64,000 nt of DNA from Negaprion brevirostris (GCA_030324005.1 JARDVH010000160.1:16836705-16900704), one strand, 5' to 3'. Shown: positions 13,200-25,779, counted from the first letter of the stretch. Made by a program: numbers and translations. The notes: a model not told the origin generated them from the sequence alone.

Positions 13200-13705
13200 A
13201 GGGAAGGGTCAGGAGGTTATGATGCAGCTGTATAAAATGCTCGTTAGGCCACAGCTGGAGCACTGTGAGCAATTCTGGTCACTACATTAGAGGAAGGATG
13301 TTATTGCACCAAAGGGGTACTGAGAAGATTCATCAAGATGTTGCCAGGCCAGAAGTATTTCAGCTACGAAGAGAGGCTGGTTGTTTTCCTTAGAGCAGAG
13401 AAGGCAGAGGGCGTCCTGACTGTGGTGTACGAAATTATGAGGGACAAATTATGAGGAAGAGTTTGAGAGGATTGAGGAAAAACATCTTCACCCAGAGGGT
13501 AGTGGGGATCTGGAACTCACTGCTTGAAAGGGTATTGGAGGCAGGAATCCTCACAACATTTAAGAAGCATTTACTGGAAACACCACAGGATACAAGGCTG
13601 CAGACCAAGTGTTGGAAAACAGGATTAGAATGGAAGGATGATCGATGGCTGGGGAAGACACAATGGGTTGAAGGCTCTCTTTTTGTGCTGTAGAGCTCTA
13701 TGACT
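13200..13705 (+). mobile_element. CR1 LINE 3' fragment
   Basis: VMMQLYKMLVRPQLEHCEQFWS and IFTQRVVGIWNSL in the ORF track. Confidence 0.9.
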
Positions 13706-16049
13706 ATCCGTGGATAGGTTCATGGATGGAAAGGGATTGGTTTAGGTTAGAGGGTCATTGCTTTTTAATTGGTCAGCGCAACNNNNNNNNNNNNNNNNNN
13801 NNNNNNNNNNNNNNNNNNNNNNNNNNNNNNNNNNNNNNNNNNNNNNNNNNNNNNNNNNNNNNNNNNNNNNNNNNNNNNNNNNCCCAGTCCAACACCAGTA
13901 TCTCCACATCATGCCTCCCCAATCAGACAGACATTTCCACAAAGTAAATTTCACAATTACTACAACCACTGAATTGTGTGAACTGTGGTTGTTTTTATTT
14001 CTTTATTTGGACTTACTTGATGGGTTCATGCTTAAAGGGCTCACTGCATATCCGAGAATTCAGTTTTATTGAAATGCAGCATCAGTTCAATTTTTGCCTG
14101 GCTATTTCACAGATGAATTGAACCAGAATGTTTATGGGAAAACCAGCTCAATATTCAGCACTGCTTTAGCTTGTAAAATAAAAGGACTTCAAGAAATAGA
14201 TCTGTGCTTCACATAACGTCACAGAGAAATTCCTACCTTCTTAATAATAAGGTAAAGATATGCCAATGAAAAATGGCAACTAAATCTATGATAGTTTTAC
14301 TTAGCCATCATTATCTCATCTAAAATAACTAGCTTTGAGGTAAAATTGCTCTGCCGTATAATCAAACTGTTTTGTGTCCAATCACAAGCTTTAAGAACAC
14401 AAACAATTTAAGTCATCGAAGGCATAAAACTAGGTAGTAGTGTAAAACAGTCAAGGCCAATCAGCAGACAACTTTACACCACACTGGACTGTCTTTACCA
14501 ATCACTTCAATGGAAAGGAAAAAAACCAAGCAGGAAGAAAAACAAGCTGCTTATTTGCTGCTGCTCATTTTGTACTGTANNNNNNNNNNNNNNNNNNNNN
14601 NNNNNNNNNNNNNNNNNNNNNNNNNNNNNNNNNNNNTCAAATTACAGTAATGTAGTTTTAATTCCCCACTCAGTGCATGATTCAGAAGTAGAAAAATTGA
14701 CACCACAAGCTTCAGATCATTGAAGAAAGAAAACATTTGTAATGTTATATTTTAGAACGGCTTTATAACCAGGATACAATGTCACTTCTATTTTGTGTAC
14801 AATTGAATTGTTAAATTCAAGTTATCTGCTAATTCAACTTTGAGCACACTAAGTTCTTTCATTCTGTTTACAATCTCTAATTTAAACAATTGGATATATT
14901 TTTGAATACAATATAGCCTTGAATTATTCAGACTAGACAGTATCTGAACTTATATTTCCATGACAAGAGCAGGAGATCAAGACAAAAGCCAGCAAATTTC
15001 AATGGTCCCTTATCATGGCTTTAATGAGAGTACCAAAATAAACTGATTCGAAATACTAATAAAAAGAATTGAATTTATTGAAATGCTTCTTCATAAACCG
15101 AAGGAAAACAGATCCTTACATTCTAACTTCAGATGTTGTCTGACCTGCTGAGTATTTCAGTGTTTTTTTTTATAACACTCTGACTTTGGTTTGCTTTAAA
15201 TTCAGCTTAAACCATTACTGCATAAACTACTGTTCTCAATCACACAACTGTATGGTTAACACACCGGGGTTCCAGACCACCACGATACAATAGCAGTTGA
15301 CAATGGTGATTCACTCATCTCTGTCCCAGCTTGAGCTCAAATATTCTTGGTTCAATATAGCATTTGGAGACCAACAGTCCAGCGATCCCGTATTGCTTAA
15401 ACTTTGGTTCATCCCCAAATAATGGGATTTTAAAATTTCACAGATGGCTTATTCAGGTTCATGCTTAACTAAATATTGGCCACAGAATAAATAAATGTCT
15501 ACAGTTTAAATGCCCATAGTCATATATTAAGTTGTAGCCATCTTAACAGGTTTGGTGGCCATTTTCAAAAAGCGTGATCTTACAGTTCTTACAACCTCAT
15601 GCGTGTACTGAGTGAGACAAGAATGTAAAATTTATTTACAGTCCAAGAGAGATACTTAAGCAGACAACTAATTACAAATTTAGGGTTTGATCTTACATAT
15701 TCTCCCAAGTACTCAGATGCTTATCACTCCTCTAAGTGCCCATATTGCCCAATTTTTAGTGACAAGAGTGAAACCTGGGGTGTAACAATAGCACCCCCTT
15801 GTGATCTGAATTAGATGCTTTTTGCATGTCCTTTGTTCAATGTACCTTTTCAATCATTAAGTGGACGAACTGAGAAAATAATTGATAAAATTGCTCCTCA
15901 CATCAAGTTAACATACAGAGCAACAACTATTGATTAAAATAATTGAGTTCAACCATAAAATCTGTCTGAGTATGCTTCTCCACATCACAATGTTTGTTTA
16001 ATTTACATCACAATCTTGTTTAATTTAAGCAAACTAACTCCAATTTCCT

Positions 16050-17175
16050 TTTATTTGTTCATGGAACATGGGCATCGATGGCGAAGCTGATCCCCAATCA
16101 CCCTTGAGAAGGTAGCGTAAGCTGCTTTCTTCAACCATTGTTGCAGAAACACCAGCAGTGCTGTTAGGATGGAAGTTTTATGATTTTGGCTTGGAAGCTA
16201 ATTGCAGGTGGTGGCATTTCCATGTATCTACTGTTCCTGTTCTTCTGGGGTGGGGGGCCAGGGGGTGGTGGTGGTAGACGTAATGGGTTTGGAAGGTGCA
16301 GTCAAAGGCGGCCTGCTGAGTTTCTGCAGTGCATCTTGTAGAGGACAAAGTTGTCACTGTGGGTTGGTGGTGAAGAGAGAGTGAAGGTGCTGCATGGGTG
16401 CCAATCAAGCAGGCTGCATTTTCCTGGGTTGTGTCAAGCTTCAAATGTTGTTGGCTCTACACCCATACCATCACACTGATTTCAGTCTTGCAGATGATGG
16501 CCAGGCATTGGAGAGTCAGGAGGTGAGTTACCCTCTGCAGATTTTCCAGCCTCTGACCTGCTTTTTAGGCATGGTTTTCATATGGCTGGTCCAGTTTAGT
16601 TTCTGGTCAATGAAAACCCTCAAGAGGTTGACAATGGGAGAACACAGTGATGGTAATGTCACTGAATGTCATGAAGAGTTGGCTAGATTCCCCCTTGATG
16701 GTCATTGCCTGGTACATGTGTCATTTGCCTGGTACATGTGTCATTTGCCACTTATCAGCCAAAACCTGAACCAGGTTTTGCTATATGTTGACATCGACTG
16801 CCTCAGTATGTGAGGAGTCACCGATGGTACTGAACATTGTGCAATTGTCCGCAAACATCTCCACACTGAAGTTCTGATGGAAAAGAGATCATTGATGAAA
16901 CAGCTGAAGGTGCTGGGCCTCAGGCATTATCTTATGGAACTCCTGCAGCCCAGTCCCAGGACTGAGATGATTGACAACCACATGCATCTTCCTTTGTGGT
17001 AGATATGACTGCACCCAGTAGTGTTTTCCGCATTCCAGTTTTGCCCGGGCTTCTTGATTTCACATTCGATCAAAGGTCAAGGGCAGTCACTCTCACCTCA
17101 CGTTGTGAGTTCAGCACTTCTGTCTATGTTTGGACCAAGGCTGCAACGAGCTCAGGAGCTGAGTGGCTCTGGTAA
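16050..17175 (-). mobile_element. Family B LINE 3'/RT fragment
   Basis: Collinear with 310-1210 (GAGTCAGGAGGTGAGTTAC, CAGTTTAGTTTCTGGTCAATG, GGCAGTCACTCTCACCTC). Confidence 0.8.
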
Positions 17176-17216
17176 AACTAGAGGTGGAACCAATTAATCT
17201 CTGCATTCTATTTTTC

Positions 17217-17513
17217 TGGCACAGCAACAGGGACCAGGGTTCAATTCTGGCCTCGGGTTGTCGTCTGTGAGAAGTTTGCACATTCTCCGTGTCTGTGTAG
17301 ATTTCCTCTGGGTGCTCTGCTTTCATTCTACATACACCAAATATGTGCGGTTTAGATAGATTGGCCATGAGAAATTGTCCCTTAGTGTCAAGGAGGATTA
17401 GCAGGGTAAATACATGGGGTTACAGGAATAGGGCCTGGATAGGATTGTTGTCGGTGCATGCTCAATGGCCCAAATGGCCTCCTTTTGAATGGCAGAGATT
17501 CTGTAATTCTATT
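17217..17513 (+). mobile_element. HE1-type V-SINE with CR1/HER1-type tail, 5'-degraded
   Basis: GGGACCAGGGTTCAATTCTGGCC, V-domain AGTTTGCACATTCTCCGTGTCTGTG, tail ATGGCCCAAATGGCCTCCT...ATTCT. Confidence 0.85.
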
Positions 17514-17564
17514 TTAAAAGAATACTTGATTCTAGATGTTTTTTTGTTTAGTTTTAAACTCTTA

Positions 17565-17681
17565 AGGTGGAACTATACAACCTCGCTCATCTCAAAGTTG
17601 TAAAATCGTGCCCAATCTTCCCACTGTCCATCTCTCACCCGCTCCAATTCTGTGATGGGCAGGATGGTAAAATTCCGACCC
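17565..17681. mobile_element. ~115-bp MITE (probably Harbinger-type, non-autonomous), copy 1
   Basis: Ends GGTGGAACTATAC ... GGTAAAATTCCGACCC; internal CTCCAATTC motif shared with 27215 (inverted) and 29593. Confidence 0.55.
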
Positions 17682-18179
17682 AAATCACCAGACAAACCCT
17701 GCTGAGCATCCAGGAGCAGGGAGCTTCAAACAAAATTTTGGGGTCTTACGGGTTAACAAACTATACTGTTTACAGGCATTTGTATTAACACCATCTTTAA
17801 TTTTCTGTGAACATACCTGCTCCTAAAAATATAACCCACTGGAAAAGTGGCCACAAATTCCAATTCCTGACTGCCTTCAGTGATTAAAACTGAACTCTAA
17901 GTGAAACTGACTGTGATGGACCCATGATCAAATAACCTGCCAACTCTCACTGGCAAGGTTCAAGATAAAAAAAAGGTCAAATGGGTGAGGTATCAAAAGG
18001 ACAGTCAGAACTCTTGCAGCCCTAGCATAACAAAGGAAGGAAGCTAGCTTTGTTGACAGTTTGTCTGAATCCAAATGTTGGATAAACTATAATTTTCTTC
18101 AATTAAACATTTGGAAAACTGAAGCCAACTTGTTTGCTTCTTGCCACAAACCCTCACCACCAATTACACAGTTCCTACC

Positions 18180-18700
18180 TTTGCCTCAGGCTAAACAAGG
18201 CTGCTTATAATATCATCTGATTCAACCATGAGCAGAGTTTCCATTACAAAGACATTCTACTTCCTACTCTTACTTCCATTCCAGCATCAGCCAATCTGAT
18301 ACAGAAACTCTCATCCATTTCTTTGTCACCTCCAGACTATTTGATGGAGTCCTGGCTGACTTTTCATCCTCCACCCTCTGTAAATTCTGTCTATAAGCAC
18401 AACTAAAACTGCCAATTCATGCCCCAATCAGGTTTCAATTACTTAGTTTGCCAACCCTTGGGAGACCCATCTTGACTTCCTCCTTCGTAATGCCTCCAAT
18501 TTAAAATTCTCATTCNNNNNNNNNNTTAAATCAATTTATGGCATTGCTGCTCCCTCATTTAGGCCTCATGTTCTAATTCTGTTCCTAAACAACTCCCAGC
18601 CCTCCTTTATACCTTCCAAAGAACCCAGCTTTTTTTGACTAGGTCTCTAATTACCTCCTCTCACCATCTCCTCCTTTAGCTTGCACACATTGTTTTCTTA
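18180..18700 (+). mobile_element. L2 LINE 3' fragment
   Basis: GAAACTCTCATCCATTTCTTTGTCACCTCCAGACT (ETLIH-FVTSRL) and TTTAAAATTCTC (FKIL). Confidence 0.7.
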
Positions 18701-18707
18701 TTACCGT

Positions 18708-18997
18708 GGACGGCACAGTGACACAGTGGTTACTGCTACTACCTCACAGCGCCTGGGACCCGGGTTAGATTCCCAGCTTGTGCCAAGTCTGTACGTTCTC
18801 CCAGTGTTGGCATAGCTTTCCTCAGGGTGCTTTAATTTTCTCCCAAAGTCCGCAAGGTATGCTGGTTAGGTGCATTAGCCATGCTAAATTCCCCCTCAGT
18901 GTATCCAAACAGGTGCCGGCGTGTGGCAACTAGGGACTTTCACAGTAACTGCATTGCACTGTTAATGTAAGCCTACTGATGACGCAAATAAATAAAC
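18708..18997 (+). mobile_element. Full-length V-SINE with an alternative (non-HER1) tail
   Basis: Head GGCACAGTGACACAGTGGTTA...GGGACCCGGGTT; tail CAGTAACTGCATTGCACTGTTAATGTAAGCCTACT...AATAAATAAAC. Confidence 0.85.
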
Positions 18998-20129
18998 CAG
19001 TGTGAAGCTTCTTAGGCTGTGTTTCTATGTTAGACACTATAAAAATACAAGTTTTTTAAAAAGCATGGCAGAGTGCCCAAACTTTCACCAAAGCAGGGAA
19101 AATATTAATGTTAAGAGTTAGTCAAATGCAAAGAAAGAAGCTACCTCAAAATGGCTGCTTCGCAGGAACAAAATTACTTTGCTGCTGAGTGGAAGGAGAT
19201 TTATGTAAACGAAAGCGAGAGTAGTCAAAGTGACAGGAGGCAGTGAATTCAAGACAGAATGCAAAAACGTCAAACCACAAAGAAAAACCGCCTTTGTATC
19301 TTTGAAACAAAAGGGTAGGGGAAAGAGTGTGTCAACTTTTCTATGCCAGGACTGAGAAGGGAAACCTGATAGGAGATGTTGACCCAAGATCATGGGAAAT
19401 ATTTGATGCAGTTTGGTCCACAGTATGACCCTGTGACAGAAAATTATTTACTACTTCTCTAGGGAAACTGACCTCTTACTGTACAGGGCCAAAGCCCTAT
19501 CCTATGACTTAATAGGAGCGTACAGTAATGAAACACAAAAAAGATTCTGCAAATACAGTTTCAGACAGTTTTATTAACTTACCCATGTTCAGATTCAAAC
19601 AGCAGCCTTGTAATGATTTGAAACCATTCAGCATTTACACAAAAGATGCATCACCCACCATAACAAAAGGCCTGACATGATCCAATCAGAGATTGAATTC
19701 ACATGACCCATCAATTAAGTTCCAAAAATAGAAAAAATCAGGACTGAATTCTAAACAGGTTAAGTGTACAAAGAAGAATAAATAAAAACTATTTAGCATT
19801 TCAAACCTATATTTTTCACAAATTATGTACTATTTATCTGGCACCAAACCTAATTTATCCAATCACTTGAAGGGAGGTTTCGTAATATGTTTTCCTGTAC
19901 TAAAGGTTATTGGGCAAAATGCTGTATAATCTAGCCCAAAATGACAGACTGAGGCATTGTAAAAAAGCAACACAATTGTGTTTCAATACATCAATAAAAG
20001 AATCATTCTGAATGAGTTTATCTTTCACCCCACACAAAATTGCACTGCATATTTATTTTGCCCGAGTCTTAATTGCAGAGAGGAGATAACTCCATCTAAA
20101 AGACTTACAACTTCAGTAAGGTTTTCCTA

Positions 20130-20229
20130 CAGTTGACACACATTTACCAGGCTTCACCAAAATTCTTGCCAAAGAGTTTTTGTGAAGCCTGGTAAATAGG
20201 TGCCGACTGTTCTTTTTGGGTGCCAACTG
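20130..20229. mobile_element. 100-bp palindromic Tc1/mariner-like MITE flanked by TA
   Basis: TA-CAGTTG...CAACTG-TA ends; perfect 16-bp inverted arms ATTTACCAGGCTTCAC / GTGAAGCCTGGTAAAT. Confidence 0.6.
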
Positions 20230-20249
20230 TACTTTTTCTGAAAATCAAC

Positions 20250-20400
20250 ACTTCTTACTACACCCTAGCTATGACTGTAACATTATATTCTGCATTCTCT
20301 CCTTCTCTATGAACAGTATACTTTGTCTCTATAGCATGCAAGGAACAATACTTTACTCTATGCACTAATACATGTGACAATAATAAATCAAATCAAAATT
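20250..20400 (+). mobile_element. Rex1/Babar LINE 3' UTR fragment
   Basis: CTACACCCTAGCTATGACTGTAAC...ACATGTGACAATAATAAATCAAATCAAA; homologous to the copies at 20665 and 28452. Confidence 0.75.
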
Positions 20401-20534
20401 AAATCATGAGTTGAACAGCATAGATGCATTTAGTGGAAAGCTTGTTAAGTGCATGTGGGACAAAGAAATGATAGATGAATAGCATTACATGAAGTAGGCT
20501 GGGAAAAAGCTCAGACACCATGGCATAAAAAGAA

Positions 20535-20661
20535 ACACATGCATTTATATCCTGCCCCAGGGCAGTGCAAGTGCTTTTTGCCAATGAAGTGCTTTTGAAG
20601 TGTCGCAACAATTTATAATGTCAGAAACATGGTCGCTGGCTCACAAACAGCAAGCTCCCAC
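20535..20661 (-). mobile_element. Deu-SINE (SacSINE1-like) 3' fragment
   Basis: TGCATTTATAT...GCCAATGAAGTGCTTTTGAAGTGT...CAGCAAGCTCCCAC. Confidence 0.55.
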
Positions 20662-20664
20662 TGA

Positions 20665-21003
20665 CTCTGTGTACACTTCCCACTGCCTCCAAAAAGCAGC
20701 TAGCATATTTAAGGACCCCTCACACCTTGGACATTCTCTCTTCCACTTCTTCCGCTAGGAAAAAGATACAAAAGTCTGAGGTCACATACCAATTGACTCA
20801 GGAACATGTTCGCCCTGCGGCCATCAGGCTTTTGAACGGACCTACCTTGCATAAAGTTGCTTTCTCTACACACCTTAGCTATCAGTGTAACACTACATTG
20901 AGCACTGTCTCCCTTCCTCCTCTATGAATGGTATACTTTGTCTGTATAGCATGCAAGAAACAATACTTTTCACTGTATACATGTGACAATAATAAATCAA
21001 ATG
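20665..21003 (+). mobile_element. Rex1/Babar LINE 3' end
   Basis: C-terminal LP-GKRYKSLRS-T...PAAIRLLNG sequence followed by a (TCAAA)n tail. Confidence 0.8.
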
Positions 21004-21869
21004 AAAACTATACACAGCTTCCCTACTTGCTTGAGCAAAGGAGAACTAAAGATAGCATCCCATAATGGGGGTGGACCGAAAGAAAAGCACTGTGTCCTCT
21101 TCCTTCTGTGTGCGGGTGTTAGCAAAGAAGTTGGGCATCATGACAATTATTTGTAAAACCACTGGACCATGATTTTCAAGGTCTTGGAGCCTCCGTGTTG
21201 CAGAAGGAAAAACATAATGGCCCATAACTTCTGATCACCAGCAGAAAGCTATGGTCCACCAGAAATAAAGGAATTCTTTGGGTGCTTACCTGCCCTGAAA
21301 AACTGTGCCAGAACTCACGATAGGAGCAGCAGCCTTTGGTCTTCAGTGGAACTATCTCCACAGCCCCCAATGCAATGCAGGTGAACCCAAATCATGCCCC
21401 CTTATGATGCAGCCAGACTGACATTCAGGTCGGAGAGGATGAGATAGGCAACTGGAGTCATCCTTGAACAGGCAGCATGGGTTCCTCAAGTACATCAAAA
21501 AATATTTGTGATCTCTGAGATTGCCATTAAATTGCTGATACCGCAGAGAATTTGAGCCAGATGCAACAATTATAATAAGAAAATGAATCTCTCAAAGTTC
21601 AGTTGGTTCAGGCACCATTACCATCACTTAGATTGCTTGCTGATCATTACACACTAGAGTTAAGGACTAGATGGGTTACTGCAGAGTTCCAAACTTCACA
21701 CACTACCATGGTCTTCATCACATTTGTAACACCAAACCGTATTATGTGACGTTTTAAAAATTTTTTAAATTTCATACCATTCCAAGTACCTGATAAAGAA
21801 GGTAACCACGCCAGGAACAAAATTAGAGACTCTCTTTAGGTTTCCCAATATATAAAACCAGTAACTTAC

Positions 21870-21963
21870 TCATCAGACTAACTTCCTTTTTGATCCACAC
21901 TCTCAAATCTGAAGGGGGAAGTGTCTCAAGGTATAATCTTTTTGTTTCTAAACTTAAGTTTTG
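21870..21963 (-). other. Candidate internal exon (94 nt), followed by an 80-nt candidate intron (21790-21869)
   Basis: Minus-strand CTTTTACAG| acceptor and GA|GTAAGT donor; next acceptor TTACCTTCTTTATCAG| opens at 21789. Non-repeat sequence; product unrecognised. Confidence 0.35.
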
Positions 21964-23309
21964 CTGTAAAAGCACATGGTGCTTTCTGCAAGTGGTACAC
22001 AACAAATTACTAGTTCAGTTCTAACAAAACTAACTGATCATTAGTAATTCTGCATTTGTAGACTAATTATATCAGAAAAAACAATAAAAGTTGCCTGGTT
22101 TAAAGTCTGAATAATATTATCTATGAAGAGCAGTCTTCACAAATTACTTTTGCCATATTTCAATTTGCTGCGTTTCTTCAGAGGCTTGCCCTTGAAATGA
22201 CTCATTGGCAATCTGGAAGGTCATTTTATTTGTGTTGCTCACCACTGAAAAAAAATTTTCTCATAACTATTACATGTTATATTCAGAACTGTAAACATTT
22301 TCTGAACTATAAGTAAATGTAAGCAATTTGAAAAGTCTCATTCACAGCACTGTTTTAAAAGCAGGCAAGACCCAGTCTACTTTTTGCAGTTTATTTTATC
22401 ATAGGAAAAAAAGGAAAACCATAGGCTTGATTTGAAGCAAACAGCTGACCAGAAAGGATGTGGATTAGAAGGTTGCTTGCAAGTGGCTTTGTTTCAATGA
22501 CAACAACAAAATTTAAAACAACTCAATCCTGCTTTACTAATATCTAGCTTGTGAAATTGCTACTCGGGCCAATTTCAAAAGTAACACTACAACACGATTT
22601 TCAACTCAGTCTTCTGCATGTTAGGGGTTCTGTGATGCAATAATATTTGGTTTGGTTCTCTTGAGACTAAACTTTTTTTGTACTTTCTTTACCTTTTCAT
22701 TTTAAATTTGATTAACTGTGTTGTTAGAAAAGTGAGACTTTGATAAAAATTAATTTAACATAAGGAAGAATGTCCTGAAATGGGGGATGGTAGTAATGTT
22801 GAAATCAGCTCTGAGACAGGTCCATGTGATTTGGTTGCCATGGGAACAGAGGTCCAAGTTGAAACTCATAAACTCAAGTGCCAGTTTTCCCACTTGACTC
22901 AAAAAAAGGGCAGCTGATCTCGCTGGACACAGAAACAAGTCTCAGTCAGATAGGGAGACCTGGAGAGGAAAACCAAACTGGGAGGGATTGTGATCGGTGC
23001 AGGCTAATGGGCCAAATGGTCTCCCTCTGTACTTGTAGGTATTCTATGATTCTAAGACTTAGTTTTTCCATGAACTTTATTTCTTTAGCTTTTCTATGTT
23101 AAATTATTTTGCATGCAGTCAATTTATAGATGGGTGTTACTTTATTATATTAGTGTTCTCACTGAAGAAATAGCTCACAAACTTCTTTACTACTAACATT
23201 TGAAACTCATGATCAGGAAGGTCTGTAAAACACCCAAAGTGTTTCATCCCACAAAACACCCTCTTCTCATCTACCAGTGCCCCCAAAGGGTTAAATGTTG
23301 AAAATCAGT

Positions 23310-23702
23310 TATACACAGTAGGCTTGTATTCCCTTGAGCACTGAATAATAAGGAGTGATCTAATTCAGTTATTTAGGATGACTCACGGAATTGATAGGCT
23401 CGATAGACGGAAGCTATTTCCTCCTGTGAGGGAGTCCAAAAATAATGCCAAGAACTATAAAATTAGAACCAAGTCTTTCAGGGGTAATGTCAGGAAGCAC
23501 TTCTTCACTCAAAATAGATTAGGAATCTGGAACACTGGAATGCTCCTGAGGCTTGGTTAAATGAAAAAAAAATTGAGAGGATATAGTTTTGTTAGGTAAG
23601 GATATTAGAAAGTATGGAACAAAGGCAAGTAAATAGACTTGAGGTGCAGATTATCTCCGATTGAATTAAATAGTGAAATAAGCTCAAAGGTCTGATGTTC
23701 CT
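23310..23702 (+). mobile_element. Old CR1 3' fragment
   Basis: GIDRLDRRKLFP...VRKHFFTQN-GIWN in the ORF track. Confidence 0.8.
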
Positions 23703-25642
23703 AAAGCATCACAGAAAACACACTGAGTTAAAACTCCCAGAATACACAACACAAGAATTGACTACCAATCCTAATATTTTTATTTTAAAAAACTAAATCC
23801 ACAATAATATAGAACAACTGTTAAAAAAAGAAACTGGCGTGATCACAATATTAGGTTTGCCTACAAAGTAAGGGCAAAATGTTTGTTTAATTTGTTAACT
23901 CAAAAGGTGTATAAATAGATCATACAGTGCATTTTGATAGTGAATTACGAATAGAAGTCTTTCTGTATTTTATCTACCAGAAATCACCATGAAACACCTT
24001 AAACAATTCATACCACACTACAAAAGAATATCACCAAATCCCACAGCATAGGCAACAGCTCTAGCTGAGGCAAGTAAGTTGCAGTGAACGTCAACCCAGG
24101 ATTTAAGGTGAAGGGTTATTTATGAACCATCACCAATTACATTACCATCAAATGGCAACTTTTGTTTCAGATTGAGATCATGATTCCTGAGAGCCTCGAT
24201 GGCTCATGAGTTATTCTGCATTTTCATCAGTGAAACAGAAGTTGAGAAATCATTACACAATCACCACTTTCTTTTCATTACAAAAGCCCGAAAAGGCTAA
24301 GCTGTCCTATCGAAGAGTGCGACCACATCTGTGCTATTTTCTCAGATCCCTCAAAAGTCCATTGAATTTGGTAAAATATTACAATTAAACAATCATCTTC
24401 TCAGGATTAAATATTAACATTTTTCTCACAGTTGCTATATTAATTGTTAACTATCCTGATATTATAACAAACAGTCAAAGATGCTACTATGATGGTTTCT
24501 TAGCAACATGCAGTGATTATATGCTCAGGAACAGTGTGACCAACTGGGGGATTGAATAATAAATGACACATGACATCATTGCTTTTCCAGCATAAAGACA
24601 GTATTGTAGGTTAGCCCTTGACCAGATTGTTATATGTGTGGAAGTTTCATTTTCTAGTATATAAAAACACAGATTCTTTATGTGACTTGCAGTAGTCCGA
24701 AGAGCACCATCTCCAGGAAAATGCCTAACCTTTTTCATTAATTTACAAACTGATTATGTGCATCACAGTCCATGGCAAAACACATCATTATGCCCCTTTC
24801 AGATGAGATCATCATGCAACATTTCTCTGGATTTTTCACCCCCTTCCCAAATTAAGTTAGCAAAACACTTTTACTTATTTACTTAATTATATAACTATCT
24901 AATAATCACAACAACTACAACAGATAGTCATTGCATTAAAAGCCATAAATTATAAAAAAACCATGAGGAATTGGGATTGTTCTGGTGCCTTAATGGCCAG
25001 AACACTATTGTTTGCAAACAAGTGCAGAGATTCAAAAAGCTTGCAATAGTACAATGGGAAAAAGTGAATTGAAGGACTATGATAGGATCGGATTCTGCAC
25101 TTGTTCCAGTTACAATGTTTAAAAACAATCAACAAAAGATGATGTATCAAACAGCTGTTATTTGAATTTTCTATAGAAAGCTGTAATTCTGAAATGTTAT
25201 ATCCACCGTGTGTATAAGTGAAATAGAATTCACACATTTTGTGTGAATAAAATGGTTCCATTATAACGCACACTTTCACAGTTGCAATACAAGAAGAAGG
25301 TCTGCAACAAAACGAGGGGAAATGAGATGTTGAACGAAAGGCAGATAAGTGATGCATAATCAGACTTCCCCCCCCACCTCCCCCCCGCCAAGTGAGATTT
25401 ATGTAATTACTGGGGGTGGGGGGGAGGGACTTAAATTGGTGCATTTCAGAATCTCTCTACTGTTTTGTACAGTATACCATTTATGTCATTTGGGTGCATA
25501 CTAAAATTGACATGGAAGACAGAAAAGAAATAAACATGCTTACTGATCACTAATACATACCACCTGACTAGAAATTATGTTTATAAAAACAGCAAACACT
25601 TGAACAATGTTCAGAAAGGGTAATCAAAAAATGTCAACTCAC

Positions 25643-25754
25643 CAAGTTCTGATAATAACCAGTATAAGAGATACTTGCAGGATTTACCAGGCAAGTAATA
25701 GCTCTGACAATAATCTCCAAGTCTTCCATGCCTAGCTAATACAGCTCTCATTTT
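25643..25754 (-). other. Candidate internal exon (112 nt)
   Basis: Acceptor GTTTATACTTTGTCAG| and donor TTG|GTGAGT on the minus strand; unique sequence. Confidence 0.4.
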
Positions 25755-25779
25755 CTGACAAAGTATAAACAGCACAAAA

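Noticed and set aside
24950-25444. Longest ORF in the track (164 aa, minus strand)
   Set aside because: No recognisable domain; it includes a poly-Gly read from a C tract and has no supporting splice context. Consistent with chance.
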